Assembly (NCBI GenBank): GCA_964016885.1
Contig: OZ024742.1
Location: 127,968,001 to 128,032,000 of the forward strand
Length of the DNA stretch: 64,000 nt
Direction: 5' to 3'
From: Eledone cirrhosa
Lineage: Eukaryota
In this document: in pieces, positions 54,165 to 64,000 of the stretch
How the letters are laid out: each line of letters begins with the position of its first letter
Numbering within the stretch: position 1 is the first letter of the stretch
Notes under the pieces: model-generated
What the model saw: the letters and a program-made list of their open reading frames with translations, nothing else
What the model was told of the DNA's origin: nothing
Databases searched by the model: none
Program-made: the position numbers and the translations under genes

Positions 54165-54420
54165 TTTCACGCTCCAAGTTGCTGAAGCATGGAACAAACT
54201 ACCTGCATCAGTTATTAGCTGCCGAGAAACTGCAGCCTTTAAAACCTCCATGCATCCTGAAATTCGCCAAGACTACACCTAATATTCCCCCTCCATACAC
54301 ACGCACACATGACTCATACACTATTCACTTCCCTGACATTTGTATATTATTCTATGTACTATACATGCACCTTTGATGAGTTGAAGTGCACCTTAGCACT
54401 GTACACAATAATTTCATTAT
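54165..54420 (+). mobile_element. CR1 3'-end fragment
   Basis: Near-identical to the reverse complement of 4570-4840, ending in ATTATTAT. Confidence 0.88.
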
Positions 54421-54544
54421 TATATATAAACATTATATATATATACATACACATTATCATCATCACCATCATCATCTTCGTTTAACGTCCATTTTCCACG
54501 CTTGCATGGGTTCATTGTGTATATATATATATATATATATAAAA

Positions 54545-55511
54545 TACTAGCTCTTTCAACTGCGCAGGGGGTTCTATAGAAATAGTGGACAGCTTCCGTT
54601 ACCTGGGTGACAAAATCAGCAGTGGGGGAGGGTGCTCTGAAAGTACAGTAGCTAGAGTCAGAACTGGATGGAAAATGTTCAGAGAGCTTATACCACTATT
54701 AGCCGCTAAAGGGTTCTCTAAAAATGAAAGGCAGGTTGTATGATGCCTGCATACGAACAGCAATGTTACATGGCAGTGAGACCTGGGCATTGTGTGCAGA
54801 GGATATACGCAGACTAGAGAGGAACAAAGCTTGCATGCTCCGCTGGATGTGTAATAGTAATATACGTGAACGGCAAAGCATTAACGAACTAAGGGAAAAA
54901 TTAGAAATAAGAGGGATCAGATGTTGTGTACTCGAGAGAAGGCTACGTTGGTATGGTCACGTGATGCGCATGAAAGACGACAGCTGTATATCAAAGTGCA
55001 GGGCAATAAAGATAGACGGTAGCTACAGAGTAGGCAGACCCAGAAAAACCTGGGACGAGCTGATAAATTCTGACCTCACACACTTACACCTCTCCAAGAC
55101 AATGTCACTGGACCGAGACCTTTGGCGGTACTCAGTAATAGAGAAGACCCGCCTTACCTAAATACAAAGTAAAACCTACTACAGTCAGTAGGCACCTCTA
55201 ACAAAATACACCCCCGTCCCACCACCCCCACCTCATCCACACCGCCCCTTTCAATGTAAAGTTATGTTGGTACCACAACATCCAGGCCGAAACAAATGAG
55301 GTCGTGTAGGTGTCACGACAAAAAAAACACAGTCCACGCTGTAATGTGGCCGTGTAGGTAACACGGTAAAAACCTCCCAGTCCCACACTGTAAATGTGGT
55401 TGGTGTTAGGAAGGGCATCCAGCTGTAGAAAACCCGCCAGACAGTCCTATGCGAGCAAGTGGGAAAACTCCCGTCCAAATCCATGCAAGCGTGGAATGTG
55501 GACGTTAAACA

Positions 55512-55540
<29 letters not shown>
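54545..55540 (+). mobile_element. RTE LINE 3' fragment (family A) with long (GAT)n tail
   Basis: ORF 54724-55161 is nearly the same as 9378-9810; 3' UTR and (GAT)n at 55512-55540. Confidence 0.92.
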
Positions 55541-55542
<2 letters not shown>

Positions 55543-55565
55543 CACACATAAATGTATATACACAT

Positions 55566-56677
55566 TATCATCATCATCTTTTAACGTCTGTTCTTCCATG
55601 CTAGAATGGGCTAGATGGGTTGTCCTGTTGTGGGCAGTGTCCAATCAGCTGACCTTGTCTTGCTCATACGGGAACTGATTCTGGCTTGATTTCTACAGCT
55701 GGATGCCCTTCCTAACACCAACCACATTTACAGTGAGTGCTGGGTGATTTTTTCCGTGACACCTACACGTCCACTTTACAGTGTGGGCTGGGTGCTTTTT
55801 TGCAGTTGCACCTCTCCGACCACTTTGCAGTGGGAGGGTGTGGGGCATATTGTCTATATGCTTCAGCTTCGGCTTGTTCCTGTGGGAGTTCGGGCCTTTT
55901 GTATTACTGCGTGACGCCAGAGGTCACGGTGGTGTGTCATTGCTCTTGAGAGGTGCAATTGGGTAAGGTCGGCCTTTATCACCTCATCCCAGGTCTTCTT
56001 GCATCTCCCCACTCCACGGCTTCCATCGACTTCTAGTGCCCAACACCTTTTTATGCAGCTGTCATCCTTCATACACATCACATGTCCATACCAATGTAAC
56101 CTCCACTCCTGCACACAGCATTTGATTCCTCTTACGCTCAGTCTCTCTCTCAGTTCGTTTATACTTTGCCATTTGTGTATATTACTATTACACATCCATC
56201 GGAGCATGCAGGCTTCGTTTCTTTCTAATCTACGCAAGTCTTCTACAGACAGTGCCCAGGTCTCACTACCATGTAACATTGCTGTTCGTATACACGCATC
56301 ATACAATCTGCCTTTCATTTTGAGGGAAAAGCCTTTTGCAGCTAGCAGTAGCAGTAGCTCCCTGAACTTCTTCCATCCCATTCTTACCCTACTTATTGTA
56401 CATTCCGAACACCCACCTCCGCTGCTAATTCAGTCACCTAGGTAGCAGAAGCTGTCTAGTGTTTCTACAGAGCCCTCCCAGAGTTTGGTGGTACTTGTTT
56501 CCTGTGGCTGTTTGAGGCTTGCTGTCCCAGCGCACCTGCTACATATAAAGCCTACATTCTTAGTTAAACTTCCTGAGATCCCGCTACATCTCTTGTGTAC
56601 CCACTGTTTGCATTTGGGGCAGAGGATGGAGTTCCTACCTACACCTTTCCTACATACTGAGCAAGGGCATTTCCCAT
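55566..56677 (-). mobile_element. RTE LINE 3' fragment (family B)
   Basis: Colinear with 13999-15030; ORF 55863-56381. Confidence 0.92.
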
Positions 56678-56819
56678 TATATATATATATATATCATCAT
56701 CATCATCACATATTATATATATAGATATATACACACACACATTATATATATATATACACACATTATATATATATATATATATACACACATTATATATATA
56801 TATATATATATACACACAC

Positions 56820-56860
<41 letters not shown>

Positions 56861-56881
56861 TATATATATATATATATATAT

Positions 56882-56924
<43 letters not shown>

Positions 56925-56992
56925 TTATATATATATATATATACACACACATTATATATATATATATATATACACATTATATATATATATAT

Positions 56993-57025
<33 letters not shown>

Positions 57026-57030
57026 CACAC

Positions 57031-57069
<39 letters not shown>
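56678..57069. repeat. Compound (TA)n/(CA)n microsatellite
   Basis: Repeating TATATA...CACACAT units ending in pure (TA)n. Confidence 0.95.
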
Positions 57070-57072
<3 letters not shown>

Positions 57073-57200
57073 AAAGTTCTATTTAAAATTGTTGGGATAC
57101 AACAAGTAAATATTTTTATAACTGATATAAAGCACTCGACAAGTATTTGGAGTAGATATACAATATTAATAAATGGAAGCTATATTTATAAAACCATATT

Positions 57201-57265
57201 TATTTCATTATACATATTTCAGGGATACCAAATTAAATTATGGTATGCCTTCATCAGACAAAATA
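57201..57265 (-). ncRNA. Minimal type-I hammerhead ribozyme motif
   Basis: Minus strand reads TATTTTGT-CTGATGA-AGGCATACCA(taatttaatt)TGGTATCCCT-GAAA-TATGT-ATA^ATGAAATA. Stem I has 8 pairs including two G-U; stem II has 9 of 10 pairs. Confidence 0.78.
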
Positions 57266-57855
57266 CAATATATAACAGTTTTACAAATAAGCTTTGACGT
57301 ACCCTTTTAAAATGCAACCATTATTTTTGGAAGCCATCCGGATAGTGAGTTGTTTATATTATTTTAATAAGTCATAGTGTTAAGGACAATTAGAAAAAGA
57401 CGGAGAGAGAGAGATAGAAAAAACGTGGAGAAATATCGGAGAGAGAGAAATGCATGGAGAAAAAAGAAAGAGATAAATAAAGACAGGAGGAAAGAAAGAA
57501 AAAAGAAAAAAGTAAGAAATAAGAAAAACAGAGGAAAGCAACAGAGAGATATTAAGTCATCAGACAGATAGAAAAACTCAAGAGAGAGAAATATTATATA
57601 GAGAGAGGGGGAGATAATGAAAACTTTACGTCATGTCATATTAAGTTGAGTTAACAATTTATATGAAATGAATAATAAAAATATAAATATTAATATTCAT
57701 GAATGGGACATAGATATATAATATGAGAAATTAAACATTGTTTAATAATGACTATATGTTTAGTTTAAAACTTGAGATCAATATACCAAAATTTTGGGTT
57801 TAATCATCCAAAATGTACACATTGCTAGAGAAATCAGTATCTTAGGCAAAGACAC

Positions 57856-57905
<50 letters not shown>

Positions 57906-58962
57906 GTCCTGAAAATAGAAATTATATTTACTCAAGTCAACAATATAGACATACAAAACGCAGACGATTTCTCTTAATCACTGCTATACATTCCTTGTGT
58001 TATAAAAAGTTCACAGTACATATACATAAATATACGATTACCATTCATGTCTTCATATATACGATTACCATTCATGCATTTAACATTCTATTAAAATTAT
58101 GCATATCTGCAATCAAAACTGCGTGGTTAGGCAACATATCTCTTACCCACACACATACATATACAAATATATATATACACATATATATGTATAAATAAAT
58201 ATTTGCGTGCGTCTTCACGCATCACTCATGTATACATACAGACATATATACAATCATAAAAAACCTATAACACTTATATGCATGTTAATACACACATACA
58301 CATTTGTATAGAGATAATCAAATATCAATATATTACTAAGGATTATACTTTGGAAATATAATTATAACAATATAAATTTAAAATACCAATGGATTATATT
58401 TTGGAAATACAATTATATTAGTATAGTCAAAAGGACAAACGAATTCTAGAAATATCAAAGCATTAAATATCTTTAAAACACTATAGAGTATCTTAAGTTA
58501 AAATAATGTTTCATATCTTTAGTATAGAAATTTATCCTACGTATATTTCAATCAAGATATTGAAAGGGTAGACTTATGAAAATTATGAGAAGCTATCAGA
58601 ATCAAAACAAAACTAATAAAAATAAAAAAATAAAATAAAAAAAATGAAATAAAAATAAAAGTTAAATAAATATTATATCAATATAATTTAAAAATTAAAA
58701 AATTTAAAAAATTAAAAAATTAAAAAAATTTTTTAAATTAAAAAATTTAAAAAACCCAAGGATTCTACAGATATCCTTATATTTAGTATAGAAATTTATC
58801 TTACGTATATTTTATTTAAGACATTGGAAGTATAGACATTTTAGGGTAGTTTATTATATCTATGTTTATATTTAGGAAGAAAGTTTAAAAAGAAAAAGGT
58901 GAAGGAATCTAATGATTTATCGACAGGTTTCATATATTAACTAAATTACTTAATTAATTATA

Positions 58963-60846
58963 CTACATTTTAAATTTATATTTAAACGTTGAGTTCAATC
59001 TATGTCTGCAGCAACTGAATAAATTGTTCCTTAAATTAAGGGAATTTTTGGACTTTAATATAAAGAATATTTCTTCAATACAAAGATCACAATTTTCTGA
59101 AGAGGAATTAAAAGGAGTAGCTTTTGAAATAATATTCCAAGTCATCGAATATTTAACATTATCTCGTTTTAGGTCCCATAGTAGGCTAGATAGCGAAGTT
59201 GAAGATTTTTTGTTTGGATCTGTGAAAGAATTTTTATGATTATTGAAGCGAAATTTAAATTCTGTAGAGGTAGAACCAACATAGTTAAATGAATTTAAAT
59301 TAGTTTTAACATTACAATTGTACACTACATTTTTAGCTAAGCAGTTGTTATTTAACGGACAGTTAGATTTATTTCTACAGTTACAGTTATTCAATTGAAT
59401 ATTGCTTGGGTTATTATTGGTATTTTGGTTAGGTTTTAAATTTCTATTATTAATTCTATTAATATTTTGTGCTAAATTTTTGGTGGACGAGTAAGTTAAT
59501 TTTATAGTGTGTCTATTAAAAATTGAGTAATATTTATGTGTTCTAGGGAAGCGTTTGTCAAGAGCTTTAAAGAATAGTTTAGCAATCGGGGTTTTAATAT
59601 TTAGTGAGAAAGGGGGAGCAAACCATAATATATTTCTAGTTCTATTTCTTTTTCGGCTTTTGGAATTATTGTAATGTTTTCTATTATAGTTGTTAAAGTT
59701 GTTACCATAATTAAAATTGTTATTATTTTGGTTAGTTTGCTTATTATTATTATTATCAATGTATTTAATTTTATTTCTATATCCAGCTCTACTTAACGCT
59801 TTGTTGTAATACTGCGCTTTTTCATCAAATATATTTTTATTAGATGAAATTCTTGAAATTCTTTCTTGAACAGAGTTCACTATAGTATTTTTAACAGATC
59901 TGGGGTGATTAGAGTTAAAATTAACATAATTCAAGTTCTCATTTAGTTTGTGAAATGGATAATGAAGACATGTGTTGAGATTTAGTGTTACGTCAAGAAA
60001 ATTGACTATTTTATGGTTATTCTCTATTTCTACTTTTAGATTAAGGTAATTAAAAAATCGTATAATTTGTTTTCTTTTTCTATTTAGTTCACAGCTATTA
60101 TTTTGTATAAGTAAAAGCATGTCATCACGATATAAGCCTCTGGTTACACCTGGTATTTTTCTATGTAGCGAATTAATTATAAATAGGCCCACAAGATCCG
60201 TTACCTGAGCTGAGTCTGATGATCCCATAGTTATGTCGAAATTATTATTTCTATCTGCCCTAGTCCAGACTTGGTTATTAAATTTTATCAATGTTTTCCT
60301 TGCCGATAATATAATGTGCATTTCATTGCTAGTTAGGTCTGTATGTTTAAATGTGTAATTTAGTGCCTTATTCAGTAGATTAGGAGTGATAGATGAATAG
60401 TAGTTAGCAATATCCAGCTGAATAAACTTATTATTATAGTTATATTTAATTTCTTTAAACCAATCGATAACCTCACTAGTCCCTTTCCATAATTTTAAGT
60501 AAGATAAATTAGGTAAGTTTTTAATTTGTTGTATTACCCTGTCTAGAATATTCTTGCTAAGTTTGCCCAGGTCAGATTTAGATGGTGCAATTAATCTGAC
60601 TGGTAAATCATTTTCAAAGTTTCTTTTGTGATCCTTCATATTGATCTTAGGTTTCCTAGGCATGAAGGGTTGTGTTTTATTCTCAATGTCTAATTCATGC
60701 ATTATACAAGATGCATCTGTATTCAGTTTTTCAAGTTCGTCCTTATTTGCTACCTTGTACTTTTTCCTTAGTTCTTTCAATATAAGGTCGTTATAAATGT
60801 CCTTTTGTATTCCATAAAGATTATTAGTTTTGTCCGACTTCACTAG
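58963..60846 (-). CDS. Penelope-like reverse transcriptase with C-terminal GIY-YIG endonuclease; uninterrupted, N-terminally truncated
   Basis: VKSDKTNNLY, QLDIANYYSSI, MGSSDSAQVTDLVG, GLYRDD, VNFLDVTLNL, SNHP, WFAPPFS, CNCRNKSNCPL, VVY...YVG, RFNNH, CDLC, CRH. Confidence 0.93.
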   Translation of the reverse strand, partial: LVKSDKTNNLYGIQKDIYNDLILKELRKKYKVANKDELEKLNTDASCIMHELDIENKTQPFMPRKPKINMKDHKRNFENDLPVRLIAPSKSDLGKLSKNILDRVIQQIKNLPNLSYLKLWKGTSEVIDWFKEIKYNYNNKFIQLDIANYYSSITPNLLNKALNYTFKHTDLTSNEMHIILSARKTLIKFNNQVWTRADRNNNFDITMGSSDSAQVTDLVGLFIINSLHRKIPGVTRGLYRDDMLLLIQNNSCELNRKRKQIIRFFNYLNLKVEIENNHKIVNFLDVTLNLNTCLHYPFHKLNENLNYVNFNSNHPRSVKNTIVNSVQERISRISSNKNIFDEKAQYYNKALSRAGYRNKIKYIDNNNNKQTNQNNNNFNYGNNFNNYNRKHYNNSKSRKRNRTRNILWFAPPFSLNIKTPIAKLFFKALDKRFPRTHKYYSIFNRHTIKLTYSSTKNLAQNINRINNRNLKPNQNTNNNPSNIQLNNCNCRNKSNCPLNNNCLAKNVVYNCNVKTNLNSFNYVGSTSTEFKFRFNNHKNSFTDPNKKSSTSLSSLLWDLKRDNVKYSMTWNIISKATPFNSSSENCDLCIEEIFFILKSKNSLNLRNNLFSCCRHRLNSTFKYKFKM

Positions 60847-60905
60847 AATCACACCTAGCACGCACGAACATTAGGAAAACTAGGGAAGGTTTCGAAGCAA
60901 TTAAA

Positions 60906-61471
60906 ATGGCAGTTAACCACCAGCAACCGACTACACTGGAAAATGGGCAACATAATAGCATCAATGAGCCATCTAATGATATAGAGGCACCTAGTGATAA
61001 TGCTAGTAACCAAAGTTCAGGAGGCACGCTAACTAATCGAACCCGCAGTTGCAATTGTAGGCGGAGTAGTAATTGTCCCCTAAGGGGGGATTGCCTCATG
61101 AAAAACATTGTATATGCATGTGGGGTAACAACACACAACTCTACCAAAACATATATAGGAGTAACGTCCAATACATTTAAAACTAGATTTAACGTGCATA
61201 TGTACACATTTAGACACGATAGACATAAGAATGCCACCTCACTGGCGGTATACATCTCCTTTTTAAAAAATAATAGTACCCCATACAAACTTTTTTGGAG
61301 GAAGCTTACTAGATCCACGCCATACCAACCGCAGAGCGGGAGTGGTGACCTGTGTTTACTGGAATGCAATGCCATAATACACTCTAAACTGAACCTGCTT
61401 AATAGGAAATTTTCTCCTCTTGCCAACACAAAATCCTGAGTTCCTTCTTCTATTTTAAACCTAGCACATAG
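60906..61471 (+). pseudogene. Divergent Penelope-type GIY-YIG endonuclease without an RT, frameshifted near its C-terminus
   Basis: CNCRRSSNCPL..DCL..NIVY...YIG.T...FKTRFNVH...TSL. GDLC replaces CDLC. The terminal SSCQHKILSSFFYFK lies in another frame after about 61410 (stop at 61469-61471). Confidence 0.82.
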
Positions 61472-61592
61472 ACGTAACATATATTACGCAACCCCCACCT
61501 AGACATACCCCTCCTTGACTATAGCTTCCCCCCCAACCCGTAACCCAGATAGATAGGTAGCCTAAGGGTGGAACAGTCCCCTACAAGGTTGG

Positions 61593-61905
61593 TGTTTGTG
61601 TGTTTGTGTATGTGTGTGTATGTGTGTGTATGTGTGTGTATGTGTGTGTATGTGTGTGTGTGTATTCTCCTTTTCTCTCTCACACACACAAACATATGTA
61701 TATATGTGTGCGTACGTGTGTGCATGCATGCATCCATATGTGCGTGTATTGTATACATGTATATTGTATATATATGTATATTGTATGCATGTGTATTATA
61801 TTGTGTGTATGTGTATATGTGATATGTATGTGTATATATGTATGTGTATATGTGTGTATGTGTATATGTGTGTGTATGATGTGTATATATGTGTATATGT
61901 ATGTA
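61593..61905. repeat. (TG/TA)n low-complexity tract
   Basis: TGTGTGTGTA repeats and degenerate TA/TG runs. Confidence 0.9.
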
Positions 61906-63051
61906 TATTTTTTTCTGTAGAAGTCTTCTCTATATGTGGTGTTTGGCATGAATTCCTCCTATAATACTCTTCTTTGAGAGGAGCACGATATGTAGAGTAA
62001 CACATATGTATTGTCGAAGTTGAAACTGAGAACCACCACCCCTCCTGCTGACCCAAATGTTTACTGAGGACCAGAACACCATTCTCCGCAATATAAGAGA
62101 GGAATGCGCTTGCCGGACTATTGATGACCATAACATCACATTCCAAGGTAATGGCAAAACACAGTGAATACTAAACACGATCAGAACACCACAACATGCA
62201 CATCGGAGCAACAGAGATATAATATCAATAAGCAAATCAATTGAATTTTTTGAGTTGAAATACATATAAATATGTGTCTGTGTGTATCGGACACACGTAC
62301 ACATAAAGAAACTGCTGACCTAAATGTACCTGTCATGCCTGTCTGAATTCCTAAGAGAATTTTCGGTCAGTTACTATCTTGACCGATTACCCTCACAATT
62401 ACTACGTAGCGGTTCTTGCACATGACTGCTGAACCTGGATGAAATGAAGACGAAGAATTTCCTTGCGTACCGTTTTGTACCACAGATGCGATCTCACTCT
62501 GCCTCGTTAATGTTCAATCGACTCCAAAGTTCTATGTTCGGGGCAATAGAATTGAATCCAACCACCGACAACATAGTTGGATGACCGATAATCACACCAA
62601 ACCGTAGTACTGTGATCCTTGTGATTTCGAGATATACAACCACTGACACTGTTACGAAGACCAGAAAACCATACTCCAAAATATTGAACCAAGTGATTGA
62701 TTTGTGCGACCAAAATAACACCACACACATATTGAACTAGGAATATTGGATCCTCCGTCAATGTCTGGGTGAGCAAAAATAGATTTCTATCTGCACTGGA
62801 ATTTACGAACTTGTGCATCTGCTGTGGTGTCAAAAACAAACGCACATGACCGCACAGATGAACAATGGACTATGCCACGTGGCTTGAACCTGCAAGTGAA
62901 TTGAAGGATGTGTAACTCTGATATACAGATTATTTATTATTAAGATGTATAAACTTGACATAACTATTATCATCTTATATTCTCTCAACTAATCACATTT
63001 GATTATATTTCTCTATCCCGTTTTCTCCCCCCATATTTATATTTTTATTTG

Positions 63052-63087
<36 letters not shown>

Positions 63088-63600
63088 GGTTTTTTTTTTT
63101 ACATTGTATTTTCCCCTTCAAATACTTGCTTATATTTCTTTATATATTCTCTATATATTTTTTTATATATATTTTTTATCTTTATTCTTATTTTCACTTT
63201 TATCCTCCTCTATATTTTACCTTATTCTTACTTTTATACCTTATTATAGTGTAATCTTCCCCATGCTTTAGTATACATTATTAATTATAGATTATTACTC
63301 TTTTTCCATTTCTAATTACCTCATGTACTTTCTCCTCCGTTATATATATATTGTATGCCCTTTGTGTGCGTGTAGCCTCTGCACACCCTCTGCACCCTAC
63401 TATCGACGCCACCCCATCTATGGCTCAAGTAACCACTCGACTCCCGGGAATGAATATGACCGCAGCTAATAAACAAGGACCCACATCCCACCCTCCCGCA
63501 CCAAAATTAGACTTATCGTCCCTTACTTTTGCTCTTTACTCTCTTTACTCTTTGTTCTTGAATGTTTGGTTGGTAGAGTACATAACACCAATCAAACCCC

Positions 63601-63660
63601 TTTTATAGCTCTGACGAATCCTACGGTTACGTAAGGAAGAAACATTGTAGGCCAATAAAA
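63601..63660 (+). ncRNA. Minimal type-I hammerhead ribozyme motif
   Basis: TTTTATAGCT-CTGACGA-ATCCTACG(GTTA)CGTAAGGAA-GAAA-CATT-GTA^GGCCAATAAAA. Stem I is GCT/GGC plus TTTTAT/ATAAAA. The stem II closing position is an A-A mismatch. Confidence 0.62.
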
Positions 63661-63795
63661 ATCTTTTGATGTTGTAGACGCTCTTGTGTTCTTTATCATA
63701 TATACGGCTCTGCTCCAAAGCATAGAGCTAATTATTATGCTGCCAATACCTTAATGGGACACGGGTATACAATACCTAACTCCTATTAACCTAAG

Positions 63796-63796
<1 letters not shown>

Positions 63797-63854
<58 letters not shown>

Positions 63855-64000
63855 CACACACATATATATATATATACATACATACATATATATACACACA
63901 TATATATATATATATATACATATATACATACACATATATATATATATATATATACATATATACATACACATACATATATATACATACATATATACATACA
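63797..64000. repeat. (TA)n/(TACA)n microsatellite
   Basis: Pure (TA)n followed by TA/CA mix to the window end. Confidence 0.95.

Larger units (their letters stand above)
57070..60846 (-). mobile_element. Penelope-like retroelement, 5'-truncated, probably Hydra-type
   Basis: RT+GIY-YIG ORF, long AT-rich 3' region, hammerhead motif about 130 bp before the (TA)n boundary. Confidence 0.8.

Noticed and set aside
57540-57570. Second CTGATGA on the minus strand as a hammerhead
   Set aside because: No stem II followed by GAAA downstream.
60824-61480. 218-aa minus-strand ORF as the missing N-terminus of the PLE RT
   Set aside because: It is the antisense shadow of the GIY-YIG ORF, lies in a different frame and has no PLE motifs.
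56639-64000. YI/CV/HT-rich ORFs in the track
   Set aside because: Translations of TA, CA and TG microsatellites.

Overview
AT-rich, repeat-dense animal genomic DNA. The repeat repertoire suggests an octopus or other cephalopod (inference). Twelve small minus-strand exons (53895 down to 833) splice in frame into the coiled-coil C-terminal half of an FKBP15/WAFL orthologue, and the gene continues beyond both window edges. Its introns hold a near full-length CR1-type LINE with a PHD-type ORF1, several RTE LINE copies, tRNA-derived and RTE-tailed SINEs, Helitron-like non-autonomous repeats and a TTAA piggyBac-type MITE. Two structures stand out. (1) An 18.4-kb array of about 380 48-bp units with nested higher-order periods, apparently amplified from the 3' end of a retroposon, with a 17-kb stop-free frame on the host-gene strand. 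(2) A 6.7-kb (TA)n-bounded Penelope-like composite: an RT+GIY-YIG ORF on the minus strand sits head-to-head with a divergent GIY-YIG-only ORF on the plus strand, and each arm ends in an outward-facing minimal hammerhead ribozyme motif. No database searches were run; family names come from recognised motifs.
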